This document shows positions 28,800 through 39,667 of a stretch of DNA of 64,000 nucleotides, in pieces (the stretch's first letter is position 1; each line of letters starts with the position of its first letter). A model generated the notes under the pieces. That model searched no databases, had not been told where the DNA came from, and was given only the letters and a program-made list of their open reading frames with translations. Made by a program: the position numbers and the translations under genes. Origin of the DNA: Candidatus Bathyarchaeia archaeon (GTDB lineage Archaea; Thermoproteota; Bathyarchaeia; Bathyarchaeales; Bathycorpusculaceae); assembly GCA_050010755.1 (NCBI GenBank), contig JBEKKK010000003.1, forward strand, positions 127,194 through 191,193. The letters run 5' to 3'.

Positions 28800-30647
28800 T
28801 TGAAGCATAGAGCGTGCGTCATACTCGTGATGCTTCTGGTGATCACGCTTGCTTCCACCGTTGTGGGCGTCAAGATTGTTCCTGCGAAGGCTCAATCGGG
28901 CAGCTACGTGGATATCTTCACTCAGAGGGGTGGTGAGGGAGCAAACCAGTCAAGCGACATGTTTGGACCGCAAGAGATTGTCCAGTTGTACGCGGCGGTT
29001 GCAGCGAACGAGGAACCTGTCGATGGCGTCTTGGTCACGTTTGGCATAACCGAGCCGATGCCTGTTTCGAACGGAATCGCATTCATCAGAACGGCGACAA
29101 CCAATGCTAGCGGGGTGGCAGAGACGGATTTTTCGTTGCATTCTATGGGTCAGAATGAAGCCTTTGGAACTTGGACAGCTGATGCAACTGTTGATGTTGC
29201 CGGAATGATCCTGACGGATAGCTTGACTTTCACAGTAGAATGGACGGTCGAAGTTGTTTCTGTCAGAACAGTCGATGCGAACCCCCCGAACTACAGCGGG
29301 TTCCCTCCTTCCCGCACTTCCTGGGGGGAGACTGGATGGGTCGGCCTTGAAATAGCCCTGAGGAATAATTTGATGAACATTCAGAATGTTTCTATAGCGA
29401 TTTCCCTCGTTGATAATTTGTTGACGACCGTGAATTATACGCAGATAGATGGCTTTCTCATGCCCCCGAACGGAAAGATCGTCTACATCTTCAGAAACAT
29501 TGGGATTCCAAAACACGCTGCACCAGGAAACGCATCAGTCCTCGTTGACGTTTTTAACCAAGAAAACGTATCGCTCTCTCCTCAAGCTTCAGCCAGCCTG
29601 CTAATAGATATCGGCAACCCGGCTTTTCCGAATTTCATCGATGACTCAGTGGTTTACGCTTATCTAACTCCGACGTTTGTCGAAGTCGGCGGCCAGATCA
29701 ACGCGACAGTGCTCATAAGAAATGAAGGAACCGTCATTCTTAACGATATTATTGTGGACATGGAAGTCGACAACAGCATCGTGTCTGAACAGACGATTGC
29801 CTCGCTCGAGCCATACGACTACGAATTTCAAAGCGTGCTCCTGAACACCACCGGGCTCTCTGAAGGAATCCACGTTTTCTCTGTAAACGCCACCATTTTT
29901 CCCGAGGAAGCGGATCTCACCGACAACAACTACTCGGTACCCTTCATAATCGGGCCTGCTCAGACCCGAATAACTTTCGACCAATCGGGCGTGGGCCAAG
30001 ATTTCAGCGGCACCATAGTCGTCGTCGACTCGGTCGGCTATTCTGCGGCGCAACTGCCAGTTTCGTTCGCATGGAGCGTCGGCTCCACCCACAGTTTCGC
30101 ATTCGAGACACCCCTTCGTGTAAACGCAAACGCCAAGCAGTATCTTTGGTCGAGCACGACTGGCCTGTCAACGGTCGAAAATGACACCATCACAGTATCA
30201 ACTTCCGGAAACATAACAGGAAATTACAGGACACAATACTACCTGACTGTCACCTCGCCACACGATTCTCCCATTCCATCAAGCGGCTGGTTCGACTCTG
30301 GAAGCACAATACCCGCATCTGTGACCTCCCCAGTGTCCGCAGATTCTGCAACCCAGTACGTCTGTACGGGTTGGACAGGCACTGGAAGCGTTCTAGCTTC
30401 TGGGTCCGCCACATCACTTACCTTCACCATCACTGAGCCCTCGAGCATAACTTGGAACTGGAAGACCCAGAGTCAAGTTAAACCATTAAAAATACCGGTT
30501 TACCTAATTTTGCTGTTCCTCTTCGGGTTGGGGATCATCGGAGCTTTAGTCTTGTTCTTGTTCGCTGGAATCATGAGAAGACGACGAAGAAGAAAAAAGA
30601 AACTACCCGGACCTTCTTATGCGGTTATAGTTCATCCACACATTTAA
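28800..30647 (+). CDS. Membrane-anchored surface protein (divergent GGxG-PQE domain, CARDB, Ig-like, C-terminal TM + poly-Arg)
   Basis: Signal peptide, DIFTQRGGEGANQSSDMFGPQE, and a TM followed by RRRRRRKKK. Start could be 28761. Confidence 0.85.
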   Translation: MKHRACVILVMLLVITLASTVVGVKIVPAKAQSGSYVDIFTQRGGEGANQSSDMFGPQEIVQLYAAVAANEEPVDGVLVTFGITEPMPVSNGIAFIRTATTNASGVAETDFSLHSMGQNEAFGTWTADATVDVAGMILTDSLTFTVEWTVEVVSVRTVDANPPNYSGFPPSRTSWGETGWVGLEIALRNNLMNIQNVSIAISLVDNLLTTVNYTQIDGFLMPPNGKIVYIFRNIGIPKHAAPGNASVLVDVFNQENVSLSPQASASLLIDIGNPAFPNFIDDSVVYAYLTPTFVEVGGQINATVLIRNEGTVILNDIIVDMEVDNSIVSEQTIASLEPYDYEFQSVLLNTTGLSEGIHVFSVNATIFPEEADLTDNNYSVPFIIGPAQTRITFDQSGVGQDFSGTIVVVDSVGYSAAQLPVSFAWSVGSTHSFAFETPLRVNANAKQYLWSSTTGLSTVENDTITVSTSGNITGNYRTQYYLTVTSPHDSPIPSSGWFDSGSTIPASVTSPVSADSATQYVCTGWTGTGSVLASGSATSLTFTITEPSSITWNWKTQSQVKPLKIPVYLILLFLFGLGIIGALVLFLFAGIMRRRRRRKKKLPGPSYAVIVHPHI

Positions 30648-31151
30648 CCACGAGCGTATTTCTAAGTTCTCGTCATCTCAAGATTCACCGAGTTGATCTA
30701 TTCTTCATGAAAAATGCTTCCCATTTCCAGATTTGTACAGCAACTCTCTTTAGATAAAGTCGATCGCGCACACTGTTCCACGAAGGGATCTGTAGAGTAA
30801 TTTTGTTCTGAGAAACGACGGAAGGGATAGGTTGGATACGCGTACGTTTACGATCTCAGATTCTGAGTGGCTTCATGATGCAAGGACATGAACGAAGGAT
30901 ACCTTTGAGAAGTTCGGCAGCACATGAGCGCTTTTAGTATATCCATGCAGCATCTTAACGTTGACACAGTTAAGAAAGAATGCGCCTGGTACGTGACCTT
31001 TGGAGGTTTTTAGGATTGTTAAGTTCTTAAAGGACGAGACAGTTAACACGTGCGTTTTCTGCACTTTACTTTGGATTTTGGAATGTGTTCAATTTACGCG
31101 CAACCTTAATTTGGCAGCTCGTGATTCATTCTTATTTAAGGGAAGAAGGGA

Positions 31152-33071
31152 ATGAAGAGGATTTTTTCTTGGATATTACTGATTTTGCTTGCAACTTGCG
31201 CATTCACTTTAGGGTTCAATGTGAGGCTTGTCCACGCGCAGGCTGAGACGGTTTACATTAACAGTGACGGAAGCGTTTCTCCGTCCTCTGCGCCCATCTC
31301 AAGTGTTGACAACATCACCTACACGTTCATGGGTAACATGACCTCTCCAACCTATGAGGGGGTTGTCGTCGAAAGAAACAATATCACGATTAACGGGAAC
31401 GGATACACTTTACAAGGAAATCAGAGTGGAGACGGCCTTTATCTGGCAAATATAAATAACACGGAAGTCGAAAACATGAATGTTGAAGACTTTCTTTACG
31501 GCATTTATCTCAGCAGTTCTTCAAACGACACTGTGAGCGGGAACACCGTGACAGCAAACAAAGACGTTGGTATTTATCTCCTCAATCCTTCGAACGACAC
31601 CGTTAGCAGGAACACTGCAACAGCAAACAGCTATGGCATCTTTCTCTCCTCTTCTTCGAACGATTACGTCTTAGAAAACAACGTAACAGCAAACAAGGAT
31701 GGCATCTTTCTGAGCGCTTCTTCGTACGAGACTGTTAGCGGGAACACTGCAACAGCAAACAGCTATGGCATTTATCTAAGCGATTCTCCATACAACACTG
31801 TCAGCGGGAACACTGTAACAACAAACAGCAATGGCATCTTTCTCTACTCTTCTTCGAGCAACTTCGTCGACGAAAACAACGTAACAGCAAACAGCTATGG
31901 CATCTTTCTTTCCTCTGCTTCGAACGATTACGTCTACGAAAACAACGTAACAGCAAACAACAGTACGGGAATCGATATCTTAGGTTCTATTTTCAACACG
32001 ATATATAATAATGACTTTGTCGGAAACGTAGCCCAGGCCACAATTGACCAAACATCCCAAGGGGCGAACGTTTGGGAAGGCGCCTACTCCACAGGAGGAA
32101 ACTACTGGAGCGACTACCACGGCAGGGACTTGCGCAGTGGCCCTTACCAAAACGTGACCGGAAGCGACGGCATAGGCGACACGCCATACATCATAGATGC
32201 AGCGGTAGATACTTTGGACAATGACACATATCCTTTGATGAAACCGTTCGGCCAGTCATCAACATTCGTCGTCACAACACCCAACCCAGTCCCTACCGGT
32301 CTCCCTGTCACCTGCACCGCAAGCGTATATGGATCAAGCCCAACGGGCAATGTCACTTGGACGACGAGCAGCAGCACGGGAATCTTCAGCCAGAAGGTTT
32401 GCACATTGTCCTCTGGAAACTGTTCTACCTCGTACACGGACAACAACACGGGCTACGAAACCATCACGGCAAGCTACAGCGGAGACTTGAACAACCTTCC
32501 AAGCAGCGGAAACACGACTCTAACTGTTTACGTTAATGTCGCGGCAGGGACGAACGTGACGGTCACTCCGAGGAACAATCTTGAACTGACGTTCGCCAAC
32601 GTCACAACCGCCGGTATCATCATCGCAATCGAAACGCCAACTGTCAACGCGCCCACACCGAACAATATGGTTGGACAGTTCTACAGCATCAACGTGACGG
32701 CTGGCTTTTCTGGCAGCGTGACGGTTGGCCTGGCGTTCGATGGGTCGAACATGACGCAACAGCAGAAGAGCGGTCTGCAACTGGTTCAGTACACGTCTAT
32801 TCCCGGCGACGTTCAACCGCCGTGGGGCATAGTTGACATGAGAGACGTCGCCTACGTTGCAAGGCACTTCGGAACAAACTCCACGAGTCCCAACTGGGAC
32901 CCCGCGGTAGACGTTAACGGTGACGGCGTAGTCAACATGAAAGACGTCGCTATAGTAGCGAGACACTTCGGATTCACCGCCAACTGGATAAATATCACAA
33001 CGAACGTTGACATCACAAACAACATCATCTATGGAAGCAGCACTCACTTCTCATTCATAGGAATTGACTGA
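31152..33071 (+). CDS. NosD/CASH parallel beta-helix protein with Ig-like domain and dockerin
   Basis: 22-aa GIYLSSSSNxTVSGNTxTAN repeats, GGNYWSDY..GDTPY, dockerin near the C-terminus. Confidence 0.88.
   Translation: MKRIFSWILLILLATCAFTLGFNVRLVHAQAETVYINSDGSVSPSSAPISSVDNITYTFMGNMTSPTYEGVVVERNNITINGNGYTLQGNQSGDGLYLANINNTEVENMNVEDFLYGIYLSSSSNDTVSGNTVTANKDVGIYLLNPSNDTVSRNTATANSYGIFLSSSSNDYVLENNVTANKDGIFLSASSYETVSGNTATANSYGIYLSDSPYNTVSGNTVTTNSNGIFLYSSSSNFVDENNVTANSYGIFLSSASNDYVYENNVTANNSTGIDILGSIFNTIYNNDFVGNVAQATIDQTSQGANVWEGAYSTGGNYWSDYHGRDLRSGPYQNVTGSDGIGDTPYIIDAAVDTLDNDTYPLMKPFGQSSTFVVTTPNPVPTGLPVTCTASVYGSSPTGNVTWTTSSSTGIFSQKVCTLSSGNCSTSYTDNNTGYETITASYSGDLNNLPSSGNTTLTVYVNVAAGTNVTVTPRNNLELTFANVTTAGIIIAIETPTVNAPTPNNMVGQFYSINVTAGFSGSVTVGLAFDGSNMTQQQKSGLQLVQYTSIPGDVQPPWGIVDMRDVAYVARHFGTNSTSPNWDPAVDVNGDGVVNMKDVAIVARHFGFTANWINITTNVDITNNIIYGSSTHFSFIGID
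31495..31980 (+). repeat. 66-bp coding tandem repeats (beta-helix rungs)
   Basis: Recurrent aacaacgtaacagcaaaca and gaacactgcaacagcaaacagctatggcat. Confidence 0.8.
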
Positions 33072-33193
33072 CATGCCGTACCTACGGCAGGGTCTTCGTT
33101 GAGAGCATATCGCCAAATTTGATGGGCGCCTAAAGGGGTCTTCTTATTCTTTCCTTCTTTCGTGAGGGACTATATCGGGGTGTCACGTTTCGG

Positions 33194-34807
33194 CTATTTT
33201 GGACGTTTTCTGCGGTAGCTGATGGCTGCTGCGGCGGTTGCAAGCATGAGAAGCAGCAGGAGGAAGGGATATGGAAACTCAGGTGTTATTGTTACCTCTT
33301 CTGATGCTGGTGTGAAGTTGAGGTAGAGGTAACTGTTTGTTTGGTTGGAGCTTGGCAACAAGGTGTAGGGGATTTCTGTTCCGTTAGCGAAGACCTTGTA
33401 AGGTGCATTGATCAGCGCTGTTGGAATGCTTATTCTGCAGAAATCAGCCGTGGCATTTGTGTTTTCAATGTTGAAGCTGATGGCTGAACCGTTGAAGGTG
33501 AATTGTGAAACTGTGAAATTGCTTATCAGCTGGACTCTTTCGTTCGAAATTGTGTTGAACTCTGAAAACATTCCCATCAGAGGGTATTGATCGATGATGA
33601 CTGGGTTGATGACGTTTTGGACGTCGCCTATGCCGTCGCTTCCGGTCACATTCTGGTAAGGGCCGCTGAGAGTATCTGCGCCGGAGTAATCACTCCAGTA
33701 GTTGCCCCCCGAAGGATAGCCGTCATCCCATGCGTTGATAGATTCATTGAAAGGGCCTTCCACGTACGCTTGGAGGAGAGTGTTGTTTATGAAATTGTTG
33801 TGGAAAATGCTGTTCCCAGAGGCTTCATTGAGTTCAACGGCGTCCTCCCTGTTTGTCGTGCAAGTGTTTTCCGAGAGAACGTTGCCAGAAGAATGGTCTA
33901 TGTAAACACCGTATCCGTTGTCCAAGATGTTGTTACCAGATAACGTGTCGTTCGAGGAAATGAGCAGATAAACTCCGTAGGTGTTGTTTATCATGCTGTT
34001 GCCGATCAAGATGTTGGAAGAAGAATGGTCAAGATAGACGCCGTCCGAGATGTTTGCCGTAAAATTGTTTCCAGAGAAGACGTTGCCAGAGGATTGGTCG
34101 AGATAGAAGCCGTTGTTGTTGTTTGCCACAGTGTTGTCAAATAGGCTGTTGTTGTCGCAGGATGAGAACCAGATTCCAAAGTTGCTTGCCATGACGTTGT
34201 TTCCAGAAAAGGTGTTGGCGTCGGAAATGCCGAGCCAAACGCCGTAATTGTTTGTTGTGAAATTGTTGGCTGACAAGCTGTTATTGTCTGAGGAAGAGTT
34301 GAGCAGAATGCCGTAACCGACGTTTGACGTAACTGTGTTGTCTGACAGGACGTTGTCAGAAGAGTTGTCGAGCCAAATGCCATAACCGTAGTTTGCCGTG
34401 ACATTGTTGTCGTAGAGCAGGTTACTGTCAGATGATGAGACGAGGCGAATTCCAACAGCGAAGCCTGTTATGGGTGTGTTTTTTATCGTCACGTTGCTCA
34501 TACCGGACAGGTAGAATCCGTCTTCGGTGGTTCCCAATCCTGGGCCTTGAAGCGTGTATCCATTCCCGTTGATAATTATGTTGTTTCGCTGGACTGTGAT
34601 TTGTTCATTGACGTTTCCCACAAAAGTGTAGGTTATGTTGTCTGCGGTGGTGAGTAGAGCTGTCGATGGCGATATGCTTCCATCTGGCAGTATGTATATG
34701 GCCCCTTGAGCCCGAACCAATGGAGCATTCAACGTTGTAACAAACACGGCGGACATTAGAACAAAAGCACAAATGCTAAAAACCAAGTCATATGCTGCCC
34801 GATTCAA
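33194..34807 (-). CDS. NosD beta-helix protein with PEF-CTERM-like sorting signal
   Basis: Beta-helix repeats, GGNYWSDY; ends TPEFP + hydrophobic TM + RRKRPK. Confidence 0.88.
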   Translation of the reverse strand: MNRAAYDLVFSICAFVLMSAVFVTTLNAPLVRAQGAIYILPDGSISPSTALLTTADNITYTFVGNVNEQITVQRNNIIINGNGYTLQGPGLGTTEDGFYLSGMSNVTIKNTPITGFAVGIRLVSSSDSNLLYDNNVTANYGYGIWLDNSSDNVLSDNTVTSNVGYGILLNSSSDNNSLSANNFTTNNYGVWLGISDANTFSGNNVMASNFGIWFSSCDNNSLFDNTVANNNNGFYLDQSSGNVFSGNNFTANISDGVYLDHSSSNILIGNSMINNTYGVYLLISSNDTLSGNNILDNGYGVYIDHSSGNVLSENTCTTNREDAVELNEASGNSIFHNNFINNTLLQAYVEGPFNESINAWDDGYPSGGNYWSDYSGADTLSGPYQNVTGSDGIGDVQNVINPVIIDQYPLMGMFSEFNTISNERVQLISNFTVSQFTFNGSAISFNIENTNATADFCRISIPTALINAPYKVFANGTEIPYTLLPSSNQTNSYLYLNFTPASEEVTITPEFPYPFLLLLLMLATAAAAISYRRKRPK

Positions 34808-35150
34808 GCTTTTTCCTCCTTCAACACCATGTAATCAAAGGTTCTGTTAAGTGTTTTGACAAGAAAAGCCTACGCTGACAAAAAGCAGGGGCACAAGCCC
34901 AGATGGTCAAAAGCGCTTTCTTCAGTGTGATGCCGCTTCCTGTCCAATGTGCAAAAGCCGCCTGCGCCCAATGTCCACGTTCGCAAGTCTCTCGACTCGC
35001 TCTTCTACGCCTCTTGCGAAAGGGAAGACACGTTCGTTGTTCGCCGGCCTTGGACACATGTCAGCCAAGAACCTGGAAAAAAGTGCTTGCATCACGGTCA
35101 GAGGGCAGATAGGGTTGAAAAATCGATTATTGAAGAGCGGCTTTTTATTT

Positions 35151-35172
35151 GGAAAAGGGTAAAAAGGGGAGT
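35151..35172 (-). terminator. Pyrimidine/oligo-T terminator
   Basis: Minus strand CTCCCCTTTTTACCCTTTTCC just after the 35216 stop. Confidence 0.5.
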
Positions 35173-35215
35173 TGCGAGAGGACTTTTCGTCTTGCTCGTC
35201 GCGAGCTTTTTAGGC

Positions 35216-36823
35216 TCAGTCAGTCATTCCGAAGTGCCTTGCAACGAGGGCTATGTCTTTCATGTTTACTACGCCGTCGCCGTTAACGTCTGCAGCTGGG
35301 TTCCAGTTTGAACTGGGTGGGGGACCGCGAGAAGATCCGAAGGCTCTAGCTACGAGGGCCAGGTCTTTCATGTTGCAAACGTGGTCCTGGTTAACATCCC
35401 ATGTTTGGAATTGGGATATTTGGACCGTTTGAGACGTTTGGTTAGTTCTTGATTGAGAGTCGGTTACGGTCAAGGTGACGGTGTAGTTGCCTGGCTGCGT
35501 GAAAGAGTGCGTTGTTGTACTGGTGCTCGTTGTGTTGATTGTTCCGTCGCCGAAGTTCCACTTGTAACTCGTGATGTTCGCGTAGCCGGGGATTAGCGAA
35601 CTCCATCCAAGCTGAGTGGAAGAGGCGTTGAAATTCACTGTCACATTCGCGCCTGGTGAAGGCGGTGTCCAAGTGAAGTTTGCGGTAGGTCCGAAGTCGG
35701 GACTCACAACTACGGGTTTTACTGTAGTTGACCATAAGCCGACGCTGTTTGTTACGTTTAACTGCACGAGGTACGTTCCTGAACTGGGAAACACATGATA
35801 CATGTAGGGGCTGGTTCCCGTCGTCTGCAGGACGCTGTTTATTGTCCATGCGTACTGTGTTATTGTGACTCCTGTGCCTTCGGCCGAGGAGGATGAACCG
35901 TCAAAAGTGACGTTTTCACCTCCGTAGATTAGGAGTGGCGAGTAACTGAAGGCTGCCTGAGGAGGGCTCGGAGCTTGATTCAAGTTGAAGGATGTTGAAG
36001 CTTCGCTTGCGAAATGGGTGCTGGGGGACACTGCTGTTGCATATACGCTGTAGTTGCCAGGAACCGTGTAGATGTCGGGTGGCATTCTGAAATTTATTCC
36101 GTATTGGCCTGTGGCAGATGTGTTAGCGGCTGGAAGCACGGAGTTGGGAGTTGGGATGAGGGGGTTTCTTGTCAAATAGAAAACATAAGGCGTCTCAGGT
36201 ACTAGGGGAGTTCCGCCATTGCTTGGATAATCGCTGAACACGTTGATCACTGCTAGAGCCTCGCCCGAGTAGGCCCATTCTGGGACAGATACTAACCATG
36301 AGACTGACACGTTCTGGTATGCGCCCATAGTGACTTGGCTCGAGAGTGCAGATATTGGAATCAGGTTTCCGTCAAAAACGGTTCCTGTGACGATAGCTTC
36401 GTACTGGTTAGCAAGGTTGTTGTGCAGTGTTGCATAAAGGTTCATCACGCTGTTGATTTCTATTGAGTTCGTCACGTTAAAGAGAGAGTTAGTCACGCCT
36501 ATTGCAGTCACATTCAAGGACCACACTTGCGGAGGAGTAGGGGCAGGATTCCCAAGAGGGACTGTTCTGAAGAGAATTGGGAACCCCCTCGGATTGTCGA
36601 CTTCGACACTTGCTAAGGTGTTTGTTGTGGGTAGGCCATTTAATAACATTTTGCCGTTTAAGGCAACCGGTTGTCGAATATAGTACGAGCTCGCATTCGC
36701 AGCCACCGTGAGGCTCATCGTCGACGCGGCTAGAGTTCTAGTTGGGCACAGTATCAAGACAGCAGGGAGTGTCGCAATTAGAACGAGTAAACACAAAGTT
36801 TTCAAGGAAAGCTGAATTGTCAT
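35216..36823 (-). CDS. Secreted protein with two PKD domains and dockerin
   Basis: VTFDGSSS..YAW, YKWNFGDG..HSFTQPGNYTVTLTVTD; dockerin WDVNQDHVCNMKD...ADVNGDGVVNMKD. Confidence 0.88.
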   Translation of the reverse strand: MTIQLSLKTLCLLVLIATLPAVLILCPTRTLAASTMSLTVAANASSYYIRQPVALNGKMLLNGLPTTNTLASVEVDNPRGFPILFRTVPLGNPAPTPPQVWSLNVTAIGVTNSLFNVTNSIEINSVMNLYATLHNNLANQYEAIVTGTVFDGNLIPISALSSQVTMGAYQNVSVSWLVSVPEWAYSGEALAVINVFSDYPSNGGTPLVPETPYVFYLTRNPLIPTPNSVLPAANTSATGQYGINFRMPPDIYTVPGNYSVYATAVSPSTHFASEASTSFNLNQAPSPPQAAFSYSPLLIYGGENVTFDGSSSSAEGTGVTITQYAWTINSVLQTTGTSPYMYHVFPSSGTYLVQLNVTNSVGLWSTTVKPVVVSPDFGPTANFTWTPPSPGANVTVNFNASSTQLGWSSLIPGYANITSYKWNFGDGTINTTSTSTTTHSFTQPGNYTVTLTVTDSQSRTNQTSQTVQISQFQTWDVNQDHVCNMKDLALVARAFGSSRGPPPSSNWNPAADVNGDGVVNMKDIALVARHFGMTD

Positions 36824-36868
36824 GTTACATCAACTTAAGCTCTGAGGATTTGCTGCACTTAAGTATTC

Positions 36869-36883
36869 TGGAATAAACCTCCA
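36869..36883 (-). promoter_or_regulatory. Candidate operator TGGAA-TAAAC-CTCCA (plus-strand spelling)
   Basis: Motif lies 5 bp upstream of TATA-like CTTAAG of the 36823 gene. Confidence 0.65.
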
Positions 36884-37034
36884 TCCGAGCGATTCATCAA
36901 TACCACGATTGATCTTATTATTCGCGTTCACTATGCCAGCAGGTTCGTCCAGAACAAAGTCATCAACATACCGTCACGCATTCGCCACACTAGAACCCTG
37001 CAATCGGGCTAACTCAATGTTAGAATAGAAGAAC

Positions 37035-37048
37035 AAAAAAAGGGGAAA
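37035..37048 (-). terminator. Oligo-T terminator
   Basis: Minus strand TTTCCCCTTTTTTT after the 37073 stop. Confidence 0.6.
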
Positions 37049-37072
37049 TTGTTTTGGGATGTGTCACTTCGT

Positions 37073-39604
37073 CTACGCTGGCATTATCAATATTGTTGGG
37101 CCAACGTATAATGGTGTGATTGCCACACCGCCTGCAACTGGTTCAAGACCGTCGAAGCCAGCGACGTTTATTGTTGCTATGCCTGCGTAGGCCCATTTCG
37201 GAATGGTTATTTGAACTGAGCCTGAGTATTGGCTATATGTGCAGAATACTGCTCCGCCGACTGTTGTTGTGTATGTTGCGGTTCCGACTGTCACTCCTAG
37301 GTTGTCTATTATTGAGACTTCGATGAGCACTGGGAATGGTAGGCTTATTGGGAATTGCTGCATGAAGTACGAGGTGAAGTTGAAGTAGACGGTGACGGTG
37401 TCGCCGTGATTGTACATTGACATGTCTGTTGTGACGCTGGTGATGTGGATTATGTAGTCGTACTTGAAGTTCAATGTGTCGTTGATTACAACGTCGGCTA
37501 ATTCGACTGTTGAAACCTCGTTCCACTTGCCCAACAAGGCGGCGTCTTGGTTAGGATCGCATGGCCATGGCATTCTGATGCCAATGGTGGCGATTCCATC
37601 GGAGTCTGTGATGGCTGAAGTCTTCATGTAGAGCGAACCGTCGGGTTCTGTGATTTCAAAGGCTACGTTCTTGCTCTGAACTGGCCAGCCGTTGTAGGAT
37701 ACGTACGCGTTGAAGTACACGAATGATTGTGGCTCAACCATGTCCATCGGCATGTTTGCACCTTGTCCGCCGTATGGTGCGGGGAATGCCCAGTCGTTGC
37801 CTTCGGTAACTGGGAACGGACTATCAGTGCCCGTTAGCAGGTATCCGTGGCCACTGTTCACTGCTCCACCATACTCGTCAATCATTCTTCCTACTTGCCA
37901 GGCTGGTGTTGTTACTTCGTAGAGTGCGTTGATAGGTGCCAGCATGATTGGGTAGACTATGTTACCCATACCATCAAGGCCTACGATGAACGAGGCGCTC
38001 GGGTCATTGAGTATCGTCAAGGGACTTGTGATGCTTCCGGTTGGCGGTTGGTACAAGCACTGGAACGTGATCTCCGCTATGACATCAGACGCATTTGCGA
38101 ATGGGGGCATCCATCCTCCATTCGTCTCGTTTGGCAGAATGATGTCAGCGAACAGCACGTTTGGTCCCCAGGTTCCTATGTTGGAGTTGATTGAAGTGCT
38201 TAGGAATGTGTTTTCACCGTTGTTAGCTGCTGCTGCCCATTCTGGGAAGAACGGACCCTCAGCGACGCTGAGCGGTGCCATCAGAGTAGAGTTGTACTGT
38301 AGCACGAACTGTGCACCAATGACGTTGTTTGACTTTCCTGGGTTCAAGGTGACGTTAACGACGAATGTGTTTCCAACGCATGGGTTTGGACCCTCAATTG
38401 TGAGCGGTGGCTGTACGACGAACTGCGCAGGGATAACGGATAAGAATCCATAGACCTGCACGTCCGGAGCATTAACATCTGCGGCGCGCGTCACTATGCC
38501 CGTGGTGTTGTACAGAACTGTAGTGCCCGAGTTTACAACCATGTTGGAATCGTCGTAGTATCCCATTGGATATGGCGGAATGATCTCTTGGGTTAGTATT
38601 TGGAAGCCGATAACCGCGAAAGTTCCTGGTGAGTTAGTATTGTTAGCTGCGAATAGCGTTATAACGCCAGGACTGACAATGGCTGGTGTGCCTGTCCAGT
38701 CTGCGCCGTAGGTTACGTTTGTCACTGTTAGCAACGTTGTGTTGCTGTAGTCGACTTCAACAGTAGCGTTTACTGCATTCCAGTTTGGAATGGTAACATC
38801 CTCATAGAAGCTTGTTCCAACCTCGTTGTTGAGGTCGTATCCTGTTGGACCCGTAATGGTTGCGAAAGTAGTCGATGTCTCGGGCGTGATTTTAACGTAT
38901 GGCATTTGTGGTGGCGGTGGTGGTGGCAGAGCGATTTGATAATTGTAGTTGCCATAGGCAGTGGCAAAGTCTTGCGAACCTCCAGTGTTGACTATGAACG
39001 CAACACTCGGGTCCCAAGCGATCGTGCCAATTGCTGGAAGTGACGAGAAAGCGCCCGCTTGCCACTGGAACGTCATGGTTATGAGTTCTTCTACGAACGG
39101 TGCTGTTGCCGGCAACACGGATATTCCCAAGAGTACTTCACCGAATCCTGAGGGCTCGCCTATGGTGCCCGCAACGTTGTCCGGTGCGCTCGGAGGCGTA
39201 ACAGAGTCCAAAAAGGGCGGTGTTCCCGTGCCAGGAGCGTAATAGGTGTTGTCGAAGAACCATGAGCTTTGCGAGCTACTGTTGGCAACAAACGCGACGC
39301 TCATGCAGTGGATTTGGGTTGCGTTGAACGTGAATGCACCTACCCAACCACCCTCATCGGCAGTCGTGTTGATCCACGCTGTTACAGTGAAAGTGCCTCC
39401 AACGGTCGCGTTAACGCCACTTGTGTAGAAATCTAGACCTTGGTTGGTTACTGATCCTACGAGAAAGAGGCATGGTGCTGGTGCCGTAGCTACTGGGACA
39501 CTTTGCGGTGCAGCTGTTGCCCTGAACATGGCTGCTGGTAGAAAGCCTAAGATCATTGCTGTTATGAGTACAGTTGCAAGTAATTTACTTAATGCTTTGT
39601 TCAT
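37073..39604 (-). CDS. Multi-cohesin scaffoldin/S-layer-like protein with C-terminal FPAPYGG module
   Basis: Signal peptide; two to three cohesin-like domains (GNTFVVNVTL..GAQFVLQYNSTLM..EGPFF..IAEITF); poly-Pro linker; no dockerin and no TM. Confidence 0.75.
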   Translation of the reverse strand: MNKALSKLLATVLITAMILGFLPAAMFRATAAPQSVPVATAPAPCLFLVGSVTNQGLDFYTSGVNATVGGTFTVTAWINTTADEGGWVGAFTFNATQIHCMSVAFVANSSSQSSWFFDNTYYAPGTGTPPFLDSVTPPSAPDNVAGTIGEPSGFGEVLLGISVLPATAPFVEELITMTFQWQAGAFSSLPAIGTIAWDPSVAFIVNTGGSQDFATAYGNYNYQIALPPPPPPQMPYVKITPETSTTFATITGPTGYDLNNEVGTSFYEDVTIPNWNAVNATVEVDYSNTTLLTVTNVTYGADWTGTPAIVSPGVITLFAANNTNSPGTFAVIGFQILTQEIIPPYPMGYYDDSNMVVNSGTTVLYNTTGIVTRAADVNAPDVQVYGFLSVIPAQFVVQPPLTIEGPNPCVGNTFVVNVTLNPGKSNNVIGAQFVLQYNSTLMAPLSVAEGPFFPEWAAAANNGENTFLSTSINSNIGTWGPNVLFADIILPNETNGGWMPPFANASDVIAEITFQCLYQPPTGSITSPLTILNDPSASFIVGLDGMGNIVYPIMLAPINALYEVTTPAWQVGRMIDEYGGAVNSGHGYLLTGTDSPFPVTEGNDWAFPAPYGGQGANMPMDMVEPQSFVYFNAYVSYNGWPVQSKNVAFEITEPDGSLYMKTSAITDSDGIATIGIRMPWPCDPNQDAALLGKWNEVSTVELADVVINDTLNFKYDYIIHITSVTTDMSMYNHGDTVTVYFNFTSYFMQQFPISLPFPVLIEVSIIDNLGVTVGTATYTTTVGGAVFCTYSQYSGSVQITIPKWAYAGIATINVAGFDGLEPVAGGVAITPLYVGPTILIMPA

Positions 39605-39667
39605 TCTTTATTCTCCCTTCTCCTTTTATGCAATGTTAAATGGCGTAATTACAAGATTTAAACCTTC

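Noticed and set aside
34821-35210. Overlapping short ORFs or possible structured RNA in a 400-bp gap
   Set aside because: No convincing coding signal or stable stem pattern by eye.
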